This document shows, one piece after another, positions 29,803 through 39,569 of a DNA stretch of 64,000 nucleotides; the stretch's first letter is position 1; each line of letters opens with the position of its first letter. Origin of the DNA: Bacteroidaceae bacterium (GTDB lineage Bacteria > Bacillota > Clostridia > Peptostreptococcales > Anaerovoracaceae); assembly GCA_963603335.1 (NCBI GenBank), contig CAVCML010000052.1, forward strand, positions 5,665-69,664, given 5' to 3'. The notes beneath the pieces were generated by a model. It was given only the letters and a program-made list of their open reading frames with translations. It did no database searches and was not told where the DNA came from. The position numbers were made by a program, and so were the translations under genes.

Positions 29803-29824
29803 TGTTCTTGTATTTAATAGCAAA

Positions 29825-30079
29825 CCGAAGACGAGGAAGTAAAACTGAAGAACGGTTTTTCAGAGAGTCCGGGGCGGTGGAATCCGGATAAATGCAGTTT
29901 CAGTAAATGGGCCTCTGAGGGCGAGGTGAAAGAAGCGATAAGCTTTCAGTAGCTGAGACGTATGCCGGCGTAACAGGCAAGGAGTGTGATGGCACTCTGC
30001 AGAGTGAATGCATAATGCATTAAACAAGGTGGTACCGCAGGCTGACGCTTGTCCTTGAGTGAGGACAAGCGTTTTTTTT
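29825..30079 (+). promoter_or_regulatory. T-box riboswitch leader, putative Trp (UGG) specifier
   Basis: Stem I has an AGAGAG bulge (29862-29867) and a GGTGGAA distal loop. The specifier-loop 3' side is AAA-TGG-G directly above the lower stem GAGG/CCTC, with TGG at 29908-29910. The conserved T-box sequence AAACAAGGTGGTACCGCAG is at 30022-30040. The terminator stem is ACGCTTGTCCT/AGGACAAGCGT plus T8 (30045-30079). Confidence 0.8.
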
Positions 30080-30086
30080 ATGAGCT

Positions 30087-30241
30087 GCCTGTATCTTTGA
30101 TACAGCGCGCAGCTCAAACGCTGGAATTGCGCGGCTTTAGCCGCAGTGCAATTCTTCTGCGATTTTCGAGGGTGCAATTCTTCTGCGATTCGCCTGTATC
30201 TTTGATACAGCGCGCAGCTCAAACGCCGGAATTGCGCGGCT
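30087..30241 (+). repeat. Tandem direct repeats in the 5' UTR between the T-box terminator and the ABC operon
   Basis: A 50-nt unit GCCTGTATCTTTGATACAGCGCGCAGCTCAAACGC[T/C]GGAATTGCGCGGCT occurs at 30087-30136 and 30192-30241 with one mismatch. A nested 19-nt unit GTGCAATTCTTCTGCGATT occurs at 30146-30164 and 30172-30190. Confidence 0.9.
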
Positions 30242-30296
30242 GCCTTTTGCAGAGACTCCGGAAGTGTAGTCCATAGAGGAGAAAGAGAGGAAGAAA

Positions 30297-31307
30297 ATGA
30301 AAAGAAAGAGTATAGCGGTAATCGCTGCATTGTTAATGGTGATGGCAGCCGTGATGACAGGATTCACCGGATGCGGAGACAAATCCGCTTCGAGCGACGG
30401 AGACAAGGTGATTAAAATCGGACTGGTGCAGCTTGTAGAACACACATCACTGGACCAGATCAGAGAATCAATTATCGAAGAACTTGAAGACGAGGGTTAT
30501 GTCGATGGTGAAAACATCGAAATCGATTACCAGAATGCGCAGAATGAACAATCCAATCTGAAGACCATCTGTCAGGGATTCGTGGCGGATGACGTGGATC
30601 TGATTATTTCAATTACAACACCGGCGACACAGGTGGCTATGAGCGAGACAAGCGATATTCCTATCGTATTCTCTGCCGTAACCGATCCGGTAGCATCAGA
30701 GGTTGTAGCGGATCTTGACAATCCGGGCGGAAACGTAACGGGTACATCGGATGCCGTTTCCATTGATCAGATTATGGAACTGGCAGATGAGGTTACGCCG
30801 GGTTACAAGACCATCGGTGCGCTTTACAACTCCAGTGAAACCAACTCTGTAGCAACAGTGGATGAGCTCAAGGCATATGCCGAAGAGAACGGATACAAGG
30901 TAGAGGAAGCAGCAATCACGAGTGCGAACGAGATTCAGCCGGCAGCACAGAGTCTGGCTAAGAAGTGCGACATCGTATTTTCGCCGACGGACAACACGGT
31001 AGCATCCTCAATCGCAACGGCAAACGACGTGTTCATCAAGAATAAGATCCCGTTTTATGTAGCTGCGGACTCCATGGTAAAGGATGGTGCGCTGGCAACA
31101 TGCGGCATCAACTATGAGGATTTGGGTGAGGAAACCGCCAAGATGGCTGTAGAAATCATTAAAGGCGCGGATCCTGCCGAAATGGCTGTAAAGACTATGG
31201 AAGATTGTGACATATACATCAACAGCGATACAGCAAGCAGCCTCGGAATCACTATTCCGGACGATGTGCTGAAAAAGGCTGTGGACTTAGCAAAGGAAGA
31301 TTTATAG
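30297..31307 (+). CDS. ABC transporter substrate-binding lipoprotein (ABC_sub_bind / TrpX-like family)
   Basis: Lipoprotein signal with lipobox MTGFTGC, and an IGLVQLVEHTSLD segment. The gene is controlled by the upstream Trp-type T-box. Confidence 0.75.
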   Translation: MKRKSIAVIAALLMVMAAVMTGFTGCGDKSASSDGDKVIKIGLVQLVEHTSLDQIRESIIEELEDEGYVDGENIEIDYQNAQNEQSNLKTICQGFVADDVDLIISITTPATQVAMSETSDIPIVFSAVTDPVASEVVADLDNPGGNVTGTSDAVSIDQIMELADEVTPGYKTIGALYNSSETNSVATVDELKAYAEENGYKVEEAAITSANEIQPAAQSLAKKCDIVFSPTDNTVASSIATANDVFIKNKIPFYVAADSMVKDGALATCGINYEDLGEETAKMAVEIIKGADPAEMAVKTMEDCDIYINSDTASSLGITIPDDVLKKAVDLAKEDL

Positions 31308-31308
31308 A

Positions 31309-32244
31309 ATGTTAGTTGTAACGTTATTAGAAGCATTGGAACTGGGGCTGATATATTCAATATTGGCCCTGGGTGTATTTTTATCGTTCCGGACGCTTAA
31401 TACGCCGGATTTGACCGTAGACGGCAGTATCGTGACAGGTGCTGCCATTTCTGCCGTTGTGTGCACGGCGGCGGGTGAACTGGATCCGTCGGTGCAGGGC
31501 ATCGTCTGCATTCTGGGGCTGGTTCTTTCATTCATTTTCGGGATGGGAGCGGGTGCGATTACCGCACTGCTCAATACGAAACTAAAGATTCAGCCTATAT
31601 TGGCAGGTATATTGGTAATGCTGGGAATCTACTCCATAAACCTGCGGATTCAGGGCAAAGCCAATATAAATCTTTCCGCTCGTAAAACCATTTATTCGAT
31701 GATGGATGACGCTATGGGCGGATTCCGGTGGAGTTCCATCGTGCTGGGAGTTATAATCGCAGCGATTGTAATCATACTTATGTACGGCTTCCTGAAGACA
31801 AGATTGGGCTTCGCTCTGCGGGCGACCGGCGACAATGAGGAAATGGTGCGGGCGGCAGGAATCAGCAGCGACAGGATGAAGCTCCTGGGGCTTTCCGTTT
31901 CCAACGGCCTTGTAGGCCTGGCCGGCGGTATGCTGGCGCAGTATCAGGGATATTCCGATGTAGGCATGGGAACCGGTATGGTAGTTATCGGCCTTGCGTC
32001 GGTTATCATAGGTGAAGTCATCTTTGGGACGAGCAGCCTTATGCGGCGTCTCATCGCTGTGGCATTGGGTGCGGTCGTATATCGTATGGTCATCGGTGTG
32101 GCTCTCTATCTGGGCATGCCGCCGACGGATCTCAAGCTGGTTTCGGCTGTGATTGTAACCATCGCACTGGCAATGGGCATGATGGGAGAAAACTTCTCCT
32201 TATGGAAAAAGAAATCCAGAGGAGGTGACAGAAAGAATGCTTAG
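31309..32244 (+). CDS. ABC transporter permease (TrpY-like)
   Basis: 311 aa polytopic membrane protein. It starts 1 nt after the substrate-binding-protein stop codon. Confidence 0.75.
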   Translation: MLVVTLLEALELGLIYSILALGVFLSFRTLNTPDLTVDGSIVTGAAISAVVCTAAGELDPSVQGIVCILGLVLSFIFGMGAGAITALLNTKLKIQPILAGILVMLGIYSINLRIQGKANINLSARKTIYSMMDDAMGGFRWSSIVLGVIIAAIVIILMYGFLKTRLGFALRATGDNEEMVRAAGISSDRMKLLGLSVSNGLVGLAGGMLAQYQGYSDVGMGTGMVVIGLASVIIGEVIFGTSSLMRRLIAVALGAVVYRMVIGVALYLGMPPTDLKLVSAVIVTIALAMGMMGENFSLWKKKSRGGDRKNA

Positions 32245-33010
32245 GATTGAACATCTTACAAAAGTTTTCGGCAAAGGCACAATCAATGAAATGACCGCGT
32301 TGGATGATGTGAATTTTCACGGAAATGCCGGCGATTTTATTACGATTATAGGCAGCAACGGCGCAGGAAAATCCACATTGATGAACTGCATTGCAGGGGT
32401 GTTTCCTGCGGAAAACGGCAAAATAACGCTGGACGGCATCGATATTACGAAGCTCCCCGAATACAAGCGTGCGAAATACATCGGAAGAGTTTTTCAGGAT
32501 CCGATGAAGGGAACCGCATTTGATATGACCATCGAAGAAAACCTTTCCATCGCCTACAATAAAATCCGCAAGAGAGGTCTTCAGGTGGGTTTAAACAAGG
32601 CGGACCGGGAGCTGTTCAGGGAAAAACTGAGCCTTCTGGGCATGGGCCTTGAGGATCGCATGAAGGAAAAGGTGCGTCTGCTGTCCGGCGGGCAGCGTCA
32701 GGCGCTGACGCTCTTTATGGCTGTTATTGCAAAGCCGAAGCTGCTGCTTCTGGATGAGCATACAGCGGCGCTGGATCCTTCGGCAGCAAGAAAGGTTCTG
32801 GAACAGACCGATTATTTTGCAAAGGACGAAAAGCTCTGCACCATGATGATTACGCATAATATGAAGGCGGCGCTGGAGCACGGCAACAGAACCATCCTCA
32901 TGAAGGACGGCCAAATAAAAATGGATATCAGCGGCAGGGAACGGGATGAAATGACCGTAGAAAAGCTGGTTGAAAAATTCGAGATTGATAATGACAGGAT
33001 GCTGCTGTAA
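32237..33010 (+). CDS. ABC transporter ATP-binding protein (TrpZ-like)
   Basis: Walker A GSNGAGKST, signature LSGGQRQAL, Walker B LLLLDEHTAALD. I preferred the ATG at 32237, 9 nt after GGAGGTG. Confidence 0.9.
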   Translation: MLRIEHLTKVFGKGTINEMTALDDVNFHGNAGDFITIIGSNGAGKSTLMNCIAGVFPAENGKITLDGIDITKLPEYKRAKYIGRVFQDPMKGTAFDMTIEENLSIAYNKIRKRGLQVGLNKADRELFREKLSLLGMGLEDRMKEKVRLLSGGQRQALTLFMAVIAKPKLLLLDEHTAALDPSAARKVLEQTDYFAKDEKLCTMMITHNMKAALEHGNRTILMKDGQIKMDISGRERDEMTVEKLVEKFEIDNDRMLL

Positions 33011-33185
33011 TCATATGCATGGCATAAGCGGACGGGGTGAAGGATATGACGTATGCTCCGTTCGCTTTTCTTTTGCTTTTTCCTTACAAATCTCATCCGA
33101 TTACCATGGAAATATGATATACTTTTATGACGGTGTGCGTATAGATGCACGATAATCGGCAGAATACTTGAGGAGGTATTAATTG

Positions 33186-33905
33186 ATGAGACGAAACTGG
33201 GATATGTCCATGATTATAATCGTTTTGATATTGGCGGGAACATCGTTCAGAAGCGGTGCATTCAGTGATCCGATGCAGTGGCTGATGAATAAACTGCTGC
33301 TGCTTCCGGGGATTATAATCGGACTGTCATTTCACGAATATGCCCATGCCAAGGTAGCGTACAAGCTGGGAGATCCGACGCCTAAAATGCAGGGAAGGGT
33401 AACAATCAATCCTATGGCTCATATCGACTGGATCGGATTTGCAGCCCTGATTTTTGCAGGATTCGGCTGGGGGCAGCCGGTGGAAATCAATCCGGCGAAC
33501 TTCAGACACAGAAGAAGAGATGAATTGCTGGTTTCCCTGGCAGGGGTTGTGATGAACCTGATTATAGCCGTGGTGTTTGCATTCATAGCAAAGATTATGA
33601 TTGTGACGCTGGGATACGGCTTTTTATCGGGAACTCTCGGAAAAACGCTCTGGCAGATGGTGACATATGTTATTGTAATCAATCTGGTGCTGATGATTTT
33701 CAACCTCATTCCGTGCCCGCCGCTTGACGGGTTTTCGGTGATTACCGAAATTTTCAACATTAAGCATACGAGGCTGTACTGGACGGTTTATCAGTACGGC
33801 AACTGGATTTTACTGGCATTGATTGTATTTAATATTACGAGCATGATTTTGACGCCGTGTCTCAATTTCCTGTACAATCTTCTGGCGAACTGCATTATCT
33901 ATTAA
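33186..33905 (+). CDS. Site-2 protease-family (M50) membrane metalloprotease
   Basis: HEYAHA (HExxH) lies within a TM helix. There are multiple TM segments and a later PLDG motif. Confidence 0.7.
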   Translation: MRRNWDMSMIIIVLILAGTSFRSGAFSDPMQWLMNKLLLLPGIIIGLSFHEYAHAKVAYKLGDPTPKMQGRVTINPMAHIDWIGFAALIFAGFGWGQPVEINPANFRHRRRDELLVSLAGVVMNLIIAVVFAFIAKIMIVTLGYGFLSGTLGKTLWQMVTYVIVINLVLMIFNLIPCPPLDGFSVITEIFNIKHTRLYWTVYQYGNWILLALIVFNITSMILTPCLNFLYNLLANCIIY

Positions 33906-33932
33906 AAACAAACAGGGAAAAGGGTAAAGAAG

Positions 33933-36155
33933 ATGACTGAAATGATGAAAGTAAATCCGTTGTTAAGCAAATTGAATAAACAGCAGCAGGAAGCGGCAAT
34001 GTGTACGGAAGGACCGCTTCTGATTCTGGCGGGTGCGGGGAGCGGAAAAACCAGCACAATGACCCGCAGAATTGCGTATATGATAGAAGAATTACATATC
34101 AATCCGTATCAGATTCTGGCGGTGACATTCACAAACAAGGCTGCCGGTGAGATGCGGGACCGCGTGGAAGCACTGGTGGGTGAAGGTTTGAACATGTGGA
34201 TTCTCACATTTCACTCCGCATGTCTGCGAATCCTGAGAAAGCATGCGGAAATTCTGGGCTACGGCACCGATTTTGCGGTATACGATCCGACGGATCAGAA
34301 AACCGTGGTAAAAAACATTATCAAGGAACTGGGTCTGGATGCCAAGAAATTCAAACCTCCGTATTTTCTCGGCGCAATCAGCAAATGTAAAGAACAGAAG
34401 ATTTCCCCGGCGGAATATCAGCTGCAGAACGGAGACGATTATAAGGAAAAGTACATCTATGAAGTGTATTTCCGTTATGAGAAAACACTTAAAAAAAACA
34501 ATGCCATGGATTTTGACGATTTGCTGCTCAATGCGGTGCGGCTGTTTGAGAAGGATGAAGCGGTGCTGAGGGAATATCAGAATAGATTTAGATATATCAT
34601 GGTGGATGAATACCAGGATACCAACATGCTTCAGTATCAGTTCGTCAAGATGCTGGCGGAGGCACACGACAACATCTGTGTAGTCGGTGATGATGACCAG
34701 TGCATCTACCAATGGCGGGGAGCCGATATTCGCAATATTTTGGAGTTTGAAAAGGACTTTAAGAATGCCAGGGTAATTAAACTGGAGCAGAATTATCGTT
34801 CAACATCCACTATCCTGGATGCAGCGCATTCCGTCATCGCTCACAACCGGGGCAGAAAGGCGAAAAAGCTGTGGACAGAACATGAAGAAGGGCATAAAAT
34901 CACCTATTACAGAGCGGAAGACGGACGGGATGAAGCTCATTTCATAGCGGCGGAGATAAATCGTATAAAAACGATAGATCGTAAATACAGCGATTTCGCA
35001 ATTTTATATCGAACCAATGCCCAGTCGCGAACTTTTGAAGAGGCGTTGTCAAATCGGGGAATTCCGTACCGCGTGCTCGGTGGTCTGCGATATTACGACC
35101 GCAAGGAAATCAAGGACATGCTGTGCTACATGCGTCTGGTACAGAACCATGCCGACGACCTGGCGCTGACGCGGATTATCAACGAACCTAAACGGGGCAT
35201 CGGCGGCAAGACGCTGCAGAAGCTTACGACGCTGGCATCGGTGCGCGGCGAGAGTCTCTTTGAAACGATTCTTGACGATGAGGTGGTATCTTCTTTTTCT
35301 GCAAAGGCTTCCGCCAACATTCGAAATCTGGCGGAACTGATTGCCATGCTCAGCAGCGAGCAGAGCAATATGCGGATTTCTGATTTATATGATGAGCTGC
35401 TTGTCAAGACGGGTTATCTGAAGGATCTGGAGGATCAGAACACGCTGGAGGCGGAAAGCCGCATTGAAAACCTGATGGAATTCAAATCGGTTATTTACGA
35501 TTATGAAAAGGATGATGCCAATATCACACTGCCGGAATTTATGGAGAGGATTGCCCTGCTGGCTGATGTTGACAACCACGATGCGAATGAAGATGCCGTG
35601 GTGCTCATGACCATGCACAGCGCCAAGGGACTGGAATTTCCGTTCGTCTTCCTTCCCGGAATGGAAGACGGCCTGTTTCCGGGCTGGCGTGCCTTCGATA
35701 GAGAAGACGGTCTGGAGGAAGAACGAAGACTGTGCTACGTGGGAATTACCCGAGCTAAGGAGCGGCTGTGGATGACCAGCGCCGAAATGCGAACCATGTA
35801 CGGTAAGACCGACTACACGAGAGAATCCCAGTTCCTGCGCGAAATGGATAAAAAATTGCTGGAAGGCGATGCGATTTTTGAAAAGAAGCGCAGGGATCCG
35901 GCGGAAGGTGCATTTTCAGACGGAATAACCAGAGAAAAGCCGTTGAGACCGTTTGACCAGCTGAAATACGCACGGCAGCAGACAAAGCAGAAGGTGGAAG
36001 CACTTTCCGGCAGTTTTCTGCCGGGCGAGCGGGTTTTGCATCCGAAGTTCGGCGAGGGAACCGTTCAGGCGGCGGATGCGCAGACGGTTACGGTTGCCTT
36101 TGCGGATGGCACGAAAAAGCTGGCCATCGGCTTTGCACCGATTAAAAAGATATGA
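33933..36155 (+). CDS. pcrA: ATP-dependent DNA helicase PcrA (UvrD/Rep SF1)
   Basis: AGAGSGKT, VDEYQDTN, YRS and MTMHSAKGLEF motifs. 740 aa. It sits upstream of ligA, as is typical in Firmicutes. Confidence 0.92.
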   Translation: MTEMMKVNPLLSKLNKQQQEAAMCTEGPLLILAGAGSGKTSTMTRRIAYMIEELHINPYQILAVTFTNKAAGEMRDRVEALVGEGLNMWILTFHSACLRILRKHAEILGYGTDFAVYDPTDQKTVVKNIIKELGLDAKKFKPPYFLGAISKCKEQKISPAEYQLQNGDDYKEKYIYEVYFRYEKTLKKNNAMDFDDLLLNAVRLFEKDEAVLREYQNRFRYIMVDEYQDTNMLQYQFVKMLAEAHDNICVVGDDDQCIYQWRGADIRNILEFEKDFKNARVIKLEQNYRSTSTILDAAHSVIAHNRGRKAKKLWTEHEEGHKITYYRAEDGRDEAHFIAAEINRIKTIDRKYSDFAILYRTNAQSRTFEEALSNRGIPYRVLGGLRYYDRKEIKDMLCYMRLVQNHADDLALTRIINEPKRGIGGKTLQKLTTLASVRGESLFETILDDEVVSSFSAKASANIRNLAELIAMLSSEQSNMRISDLYDELLVKTGYLKDLEDQNTLEAESRIENLMEFKSVIYDYEKDDANITLPEFMERIALLADVDNHDANEDAVVLMTMHSAKGLEFPFVFLPGMEDGLFPGWRAFDREDGLEEERRLCYVGITRAKERLWMTSAEMRTMYGKTDYTRESQFLREMDKKLLEGDAIFEKKRRDPAEGAFSDGITREKPLRPFDQLKYARQQTKQKVEALSGSFLPGERVLHPKFGEGTVQAADAQTVTVAFADGTKKLAIGFAPIKKI

Positions 36156-36179
36156 TGAGATCAATCGAGGAGTAGAATC

Positions 36180-38135
36180 ATGGAAGAAAAGCGAAAGCTC
36201 ATGGAAGAAAAAGCGGCTTATTTAAACAAGGCTGCCAGAGCCTACTATCAGGAGAGCCGCGAGCTGATTTCAAACCGGGAATACGATAAAATATATGATG
36301 AGCTGCAGGCGCTGGAAGAAGAAACCGGCATCGTGCTGGCAAACAGTCCGACCGTTCATGTGGGCTATGAGGTCATCAGCAGCCTGCCTAAGGAGCGGCA
36401 TCCTTCGCCTATGTTATCGCTTGATAAAACCAAGGACGTGGGGGCATTGAAAGGCTGGCTGGATGATAAGGAGGGACTGCTGTCCTGGAAACTGGACGGA
36501 CTGACCATAGTGCTGACTTATCAGGACGGCAGGCTCGCAAAGGCGGTCACCAGAGGCGATGGTATCACGGGAGAGGTCATCACAAGCAATGCGCGGGTGT
36601 TTGATAATATACCGCTGAGGATTCCCCGGACGGAGGAGCTGGTGGTTCGCGGTGAAGCGGTTATCACTTATGCGGATTTTGAAGAAATCAACAGGACCAT
36701 CGGCGATGCTGACGCAAAGTATAAAAATCCGAGGAATCTTTGCAGCGGTACGGTGCGGCAGCTTAACAATGAAATTACGGCGCAGCGCCACGTCAAGTTC
36801 TATGCATTTTCACTGGCGGCCGGCGGAGAGGAGTGCCGGACACGCGATGAACAGCTGGAGCTTTTGCGGCGGCAGGGATTTGAGACGGTGGAATATGTCA
36901 AGGTTACGCGGGAAACAATCGCGGATGCCGTGGCGGAGTTTGAGCGAAGGATTGCAGACTTTCCGGTGCCATCCGACGGACTGGTGCTGATTTATGACGA
37001 CATCGCCTATGGCAGGTCGCTGGGAAGTACAGCTAAGTTCCCGCGGGATTCCATCGCGTTTAAATGGATGGATGAACAGAGGAAAACTAAGCTGCAGGAT
37101 GTTCTTTGGAATGTGTCGCGGACGGGACTTATAAATCCTATAGCTGTATTTGAACCGGTAGAGCTGGAGGGAACGACGGTGAGCAGGGCTTCGGTGCATA
37201 ATCTGAGTATAGTGAAGGAACTGGCTCTCGGAACCGGCGATACAATCAAGGTATATAAAGCAAATATGATCATCCCGCAGATTGCGGAAAACCTGACCGG
37301 AAGCGGCAGCATCCGGCCGCCGGAACACTGTCCGGTATGCGGAAGCAAGACGGAAATCAAGGATGAAAACGGAGTCGAGACACTTCACTGTCCCAGCCCT
37401 GACTGCCCGGCCAAGCGAATCAAGTCATTTACTCACTTTGTGAGCCGGAACGCACTCAATATCGAGGGACTTTCGGAGGCGACTCTGGAGAAGTTCATAG
37501 ACGCTGCTATGATTCGTGAATTTGCTGATATTTTCAAACTGGAGCGGTTCAGGAAGCAGATTGTAGAAATGGAAGGCTTTGGAGAGAAATCCTTTGAGAA
37601 TCTCATTGCGGCGGCGGAGACGGCAAGTCACACAACACCGGCAAGGCTGCTGTACGGACTGGGAATCCCCAACATCGGAGCGGCCAATGCCAGGATGATT
37701 GCGGAGGCCTGTGAAAACAAGTGGCAGACCATTCAGAATCTGAGTGAAGAAGATCTGACGGCAATCGACGGCATCGGCGACGTGATGGCGAAAGCTTATA
37801 CGGCATTTTTTGCAGAAGAAGAAAACGCCCGGATTACCGCAGATCTTTTAGAAGTGCTGACCCTGGATGAAACCTTTGCAGCGAAAGAGGGCGGCGCACT
37901 GACTGGACTGACCTTCGTTATAACCGGAAAAGTTCATCATTTTGACAACAGAGATAAAGTGAAGGAAGCTATTGCTGCGGCCGGTGGTAAGACGGCGGGT
38001 TCGGTAAGCAGTAAGACCGATTATCTTATCAACAACGACAGTACATCGGCTTCATCAAAGAATAAAAAGGCTAAAGAATTAGGCGTAAAAATTATTACAG
38101 AAGAAGAGTTTATAAAAATGCTGGAAGAGGTGTAG
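36180..38135 (+). CDS. ligA: NAD-dependent DNA ligase
   Basis: Adenylation motif WKLDGLT, Zn-finger CPVCGS...CPSPDCP, HhH repeats and a C-terminal BRCT domain. Confidence 0.95.
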   Translation: MEEKRKLMEEKAAYLNKAARAYYQESRELISNREYDKIYDELQALEEETGIVLANSPTVHVGYEVISSLPKERHPSPMLSLDKTKDVGALKGWLDDKEGLLSWKLDGLTIVLTYQDGRLAKAVTRGDGITGEVITSNARVFDNIPLRIPRTEELVVRGEAVITYADFEEINRTIGDADAKYKNPRNLCSGTVRQLNNEITAQRHVKFYAFSLAAGGEECRTRDEQLELLRRQGFETVEYVKVTRETIADAVAEFERRIADFPVPSDGLVLIYDDIAYGRSLGSTAKFPRDSIAFKWMDEQRKTKLQDVLWNVSRTGLINPIAVFEPVELEGTTVSRASVHNLSIVKELALGTGDTIKVYKANMIIPQIAENLTGSGSIRPPEHCPVCGSKTEIKDENGVETLHCPSPDCPAKRIKSFTHFVSRNALNIEGLSEATLEKFIDAAMIREFADIFKLERFRKQIVEMEGFGEKSFENLIAAAETASHTTPARLLYGLGIPNIGAANARMIAEACENKWQTIQNLSEEDLTAIDGIGDVMAKAYTAFFAEEENARITADLLEVLTLDETFAAKEGGALTGLTFVITGKVHHFDNRDKVKEAIAAAGGKTAGSVSSKTDYLINNDSTSASSKNKKAKELGVKIITEEEFIKMLEEV

Positions 38136-38137
38136 CA

Positions 38138-39172
38138 ATGAAACTGGAAACGGGAAAGCTGGACAGTGAACTGTTAAAGAAGCTGGTGTTTGACAGGATT
38201 ACATACCGCAGTGACGATGTGAGCATACGTCCGGGAATAGGCGAGGACTGTGCGGTCATGGACTTTGGAGATTATGACTGCATCATGTCGACTGACCCGA
38301 TAACATCGGCGATAAGCGATATAGGCCGCCTGGCCATTCATATCACGTGCAATGACATCGCATCCAACGGAGTGCAGCCGCTGGGAATCATGCTGGCGGT
38401 AATGCTGCCGGAGGGTACGACATCGGAGGATGTAGCTTATATCATGGGGCAGGCAGCGGAAACTGCAGCGGATGTAAAGGTGGAAATCATCGGCGGTCAC
38501 ACGGAGATTACGCCAGCGGTGAAGCAGCCGGTCATCGTCTCCACGGCCATAGGCAAGGCGCTCAAGGGCGTTTCGCAGAGCGGCAACGACATGGTGCCGG
38601 GTGATTTTATCATGATGACCAAGGCGGTGGGGCTGGAAGGTTCGGGAATTATCGCATGTGATTACGAGAAGCAGCTTTCCGGTGTTCTTTCTGCAAAGGA
38701 GCTGGCGAGGGCAAAGTCGTTTTTGAATCTGGTGAGCGTTGTGCCGGAGGGTATCGCGGCAGGTACGGTGGGTACTCACGGCATGCACGATATTACGGAG
38801 GGCGGTATTCTGGGAGCTGTATGGGAGATGTGTCAGATTTCCGGACGCGGAGCACAGGTGTGGAAAAAAGAAATTCCGATAGAAACTGAGACGGCGAAAA
38901 TCTGTGATTATTATGATATCAATCCGCTGCGTCTGATTTCAAGCGGATCCATGGTGATTATAGTCCCAAAGGAAAAAAAGGACCGGATGGAAGCAGCTAT
39001 GGCACAGGCAGGCGTTTCCTGCAGCATCATCGGCCGCATCGAAGAAGCTGATTTCGGCATCCGTCTTTCGGAAGGCAGCGCACCGGCAGAGGAAGCGTCC
39101 GTTTCGCCGGAAAGCATGGCAGAGATAGATCCACCGTATATGGACGAGCTGTATAAGGTGGTTGGGAAGTAA
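38138..39172 (+). CDS. AIR-synthase-related (PurM/ThiL/HypE-fold) protein
   Basis: GEDCAV, STDPIT and IGGHTE segments are typical of the PurM-like superfamily. It starts 2 nt after ligA. Confidence 0.6.
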   Translation: MKLETGKLDSELLKKLVFDRITYRSDDVSIRPGIGEDCAVMDFGDYDCIMSTDPITSAISDIGRLAIHITCNDIASNGVQPLGIMLAVMLPEGTTSEDVAYIMGQAAETAADVKVEIIGGHTEITPAVKQPVIVSTAIGKALKGVSQSGNDMVPGDFIMMTKAVGLEGSGIIACDYEKQLSGVLSAKELARAKSFLNLVSVVPEGIAAGTVGTHGMHDITEGGILGAVWEMCQISGRGAQVWKKEIPIETETAKICDYYDINPLRLISSGSMVIIVPKEKKDRMEAAMAQAGVSCSIIGRIEEADFGIRLSEGSAPAEEASVSPESMAEIDPPYMDELYKVVGK

Positions 39173-39298
39173 CTGAAAAAAGTACTGATAGGAAAATGAG
39201 AAAAGAAACTATAGATCTGAATGTAAATAAATGCATTCGGATCTTTTTTTGTTATGTAGAAATGTATACAGCAAAGGCTTAAATAAACAAAATGTTTA

Positions 39299-39374
39299 TA
39301 TTCAAAAATGAATACCAATACGAAAAATGTCAATTTGGAAATGAATCACAGAACTCAGATATTCAAAAATGAAT
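39299..39374. promoter_or_regulatory. Candidate enhancer (UAS) boxes for the sigma54 activator, operon 1
   Basis: Perfect palindromes TATTCA-AAAA-TGAATA (39299-39314) and ATTCA-AAAA-TGAAT (39361-39374), about 198 and 137 nt upstream of the -24 element. The same motif recurs upstream of the second sigma54 promoter. Confidence 0.55.
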
Positions 39375-39497
39375 GAAGCGAGAAATGAGAAACTTTTCAG
39401 AATGTTTCTCGTGTTCAAAAAATAATACATGCGGAAGCGTTGAAATCTCAATGTTTTGCAAAAAATATCGAAAAAACAAAAAAAGAATTTGAGAAGT

Positions 39498-39513
39498 TGG
39501 CACGCGTGTTGCT
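39498..39513 (+). promoter_or_regulatory. Sigma54 (-24/-12) promoter, operon 1
   Basis: TGGCAC-GCGTG-TTGCT is an exact TGGCAC-N5-TTGCW match, 57 nt upstream of the ATG at 39570. Confidence 0.8.
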
Positions 39514-39569
39514 TTATATGAAGGCGTAAAGGAAAACATGGTGAAAACGAAATCGGAGGACTAATCAAG

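Noticed and set aside
30087-30241. Possible miniature CRISPR array
   Set aside because: There are only two copies of the 50-nt unit. The intervening 'spacer' is itself an internal duplication. No cas genes are present, and the location is inside a 5' UTR.
29860-30330. 156-aa minus-strand ORF and 75-aa plus-strand ORF (30049-30276) in the T-box and repeat region
   Set aside because: The region is explained by a T-box leader with a terminator and by direct DNA repeats. The repeated peptide PVSLIQRAAQT is a by-product of the nucleotide repeat. Neither ORF has an RBS.
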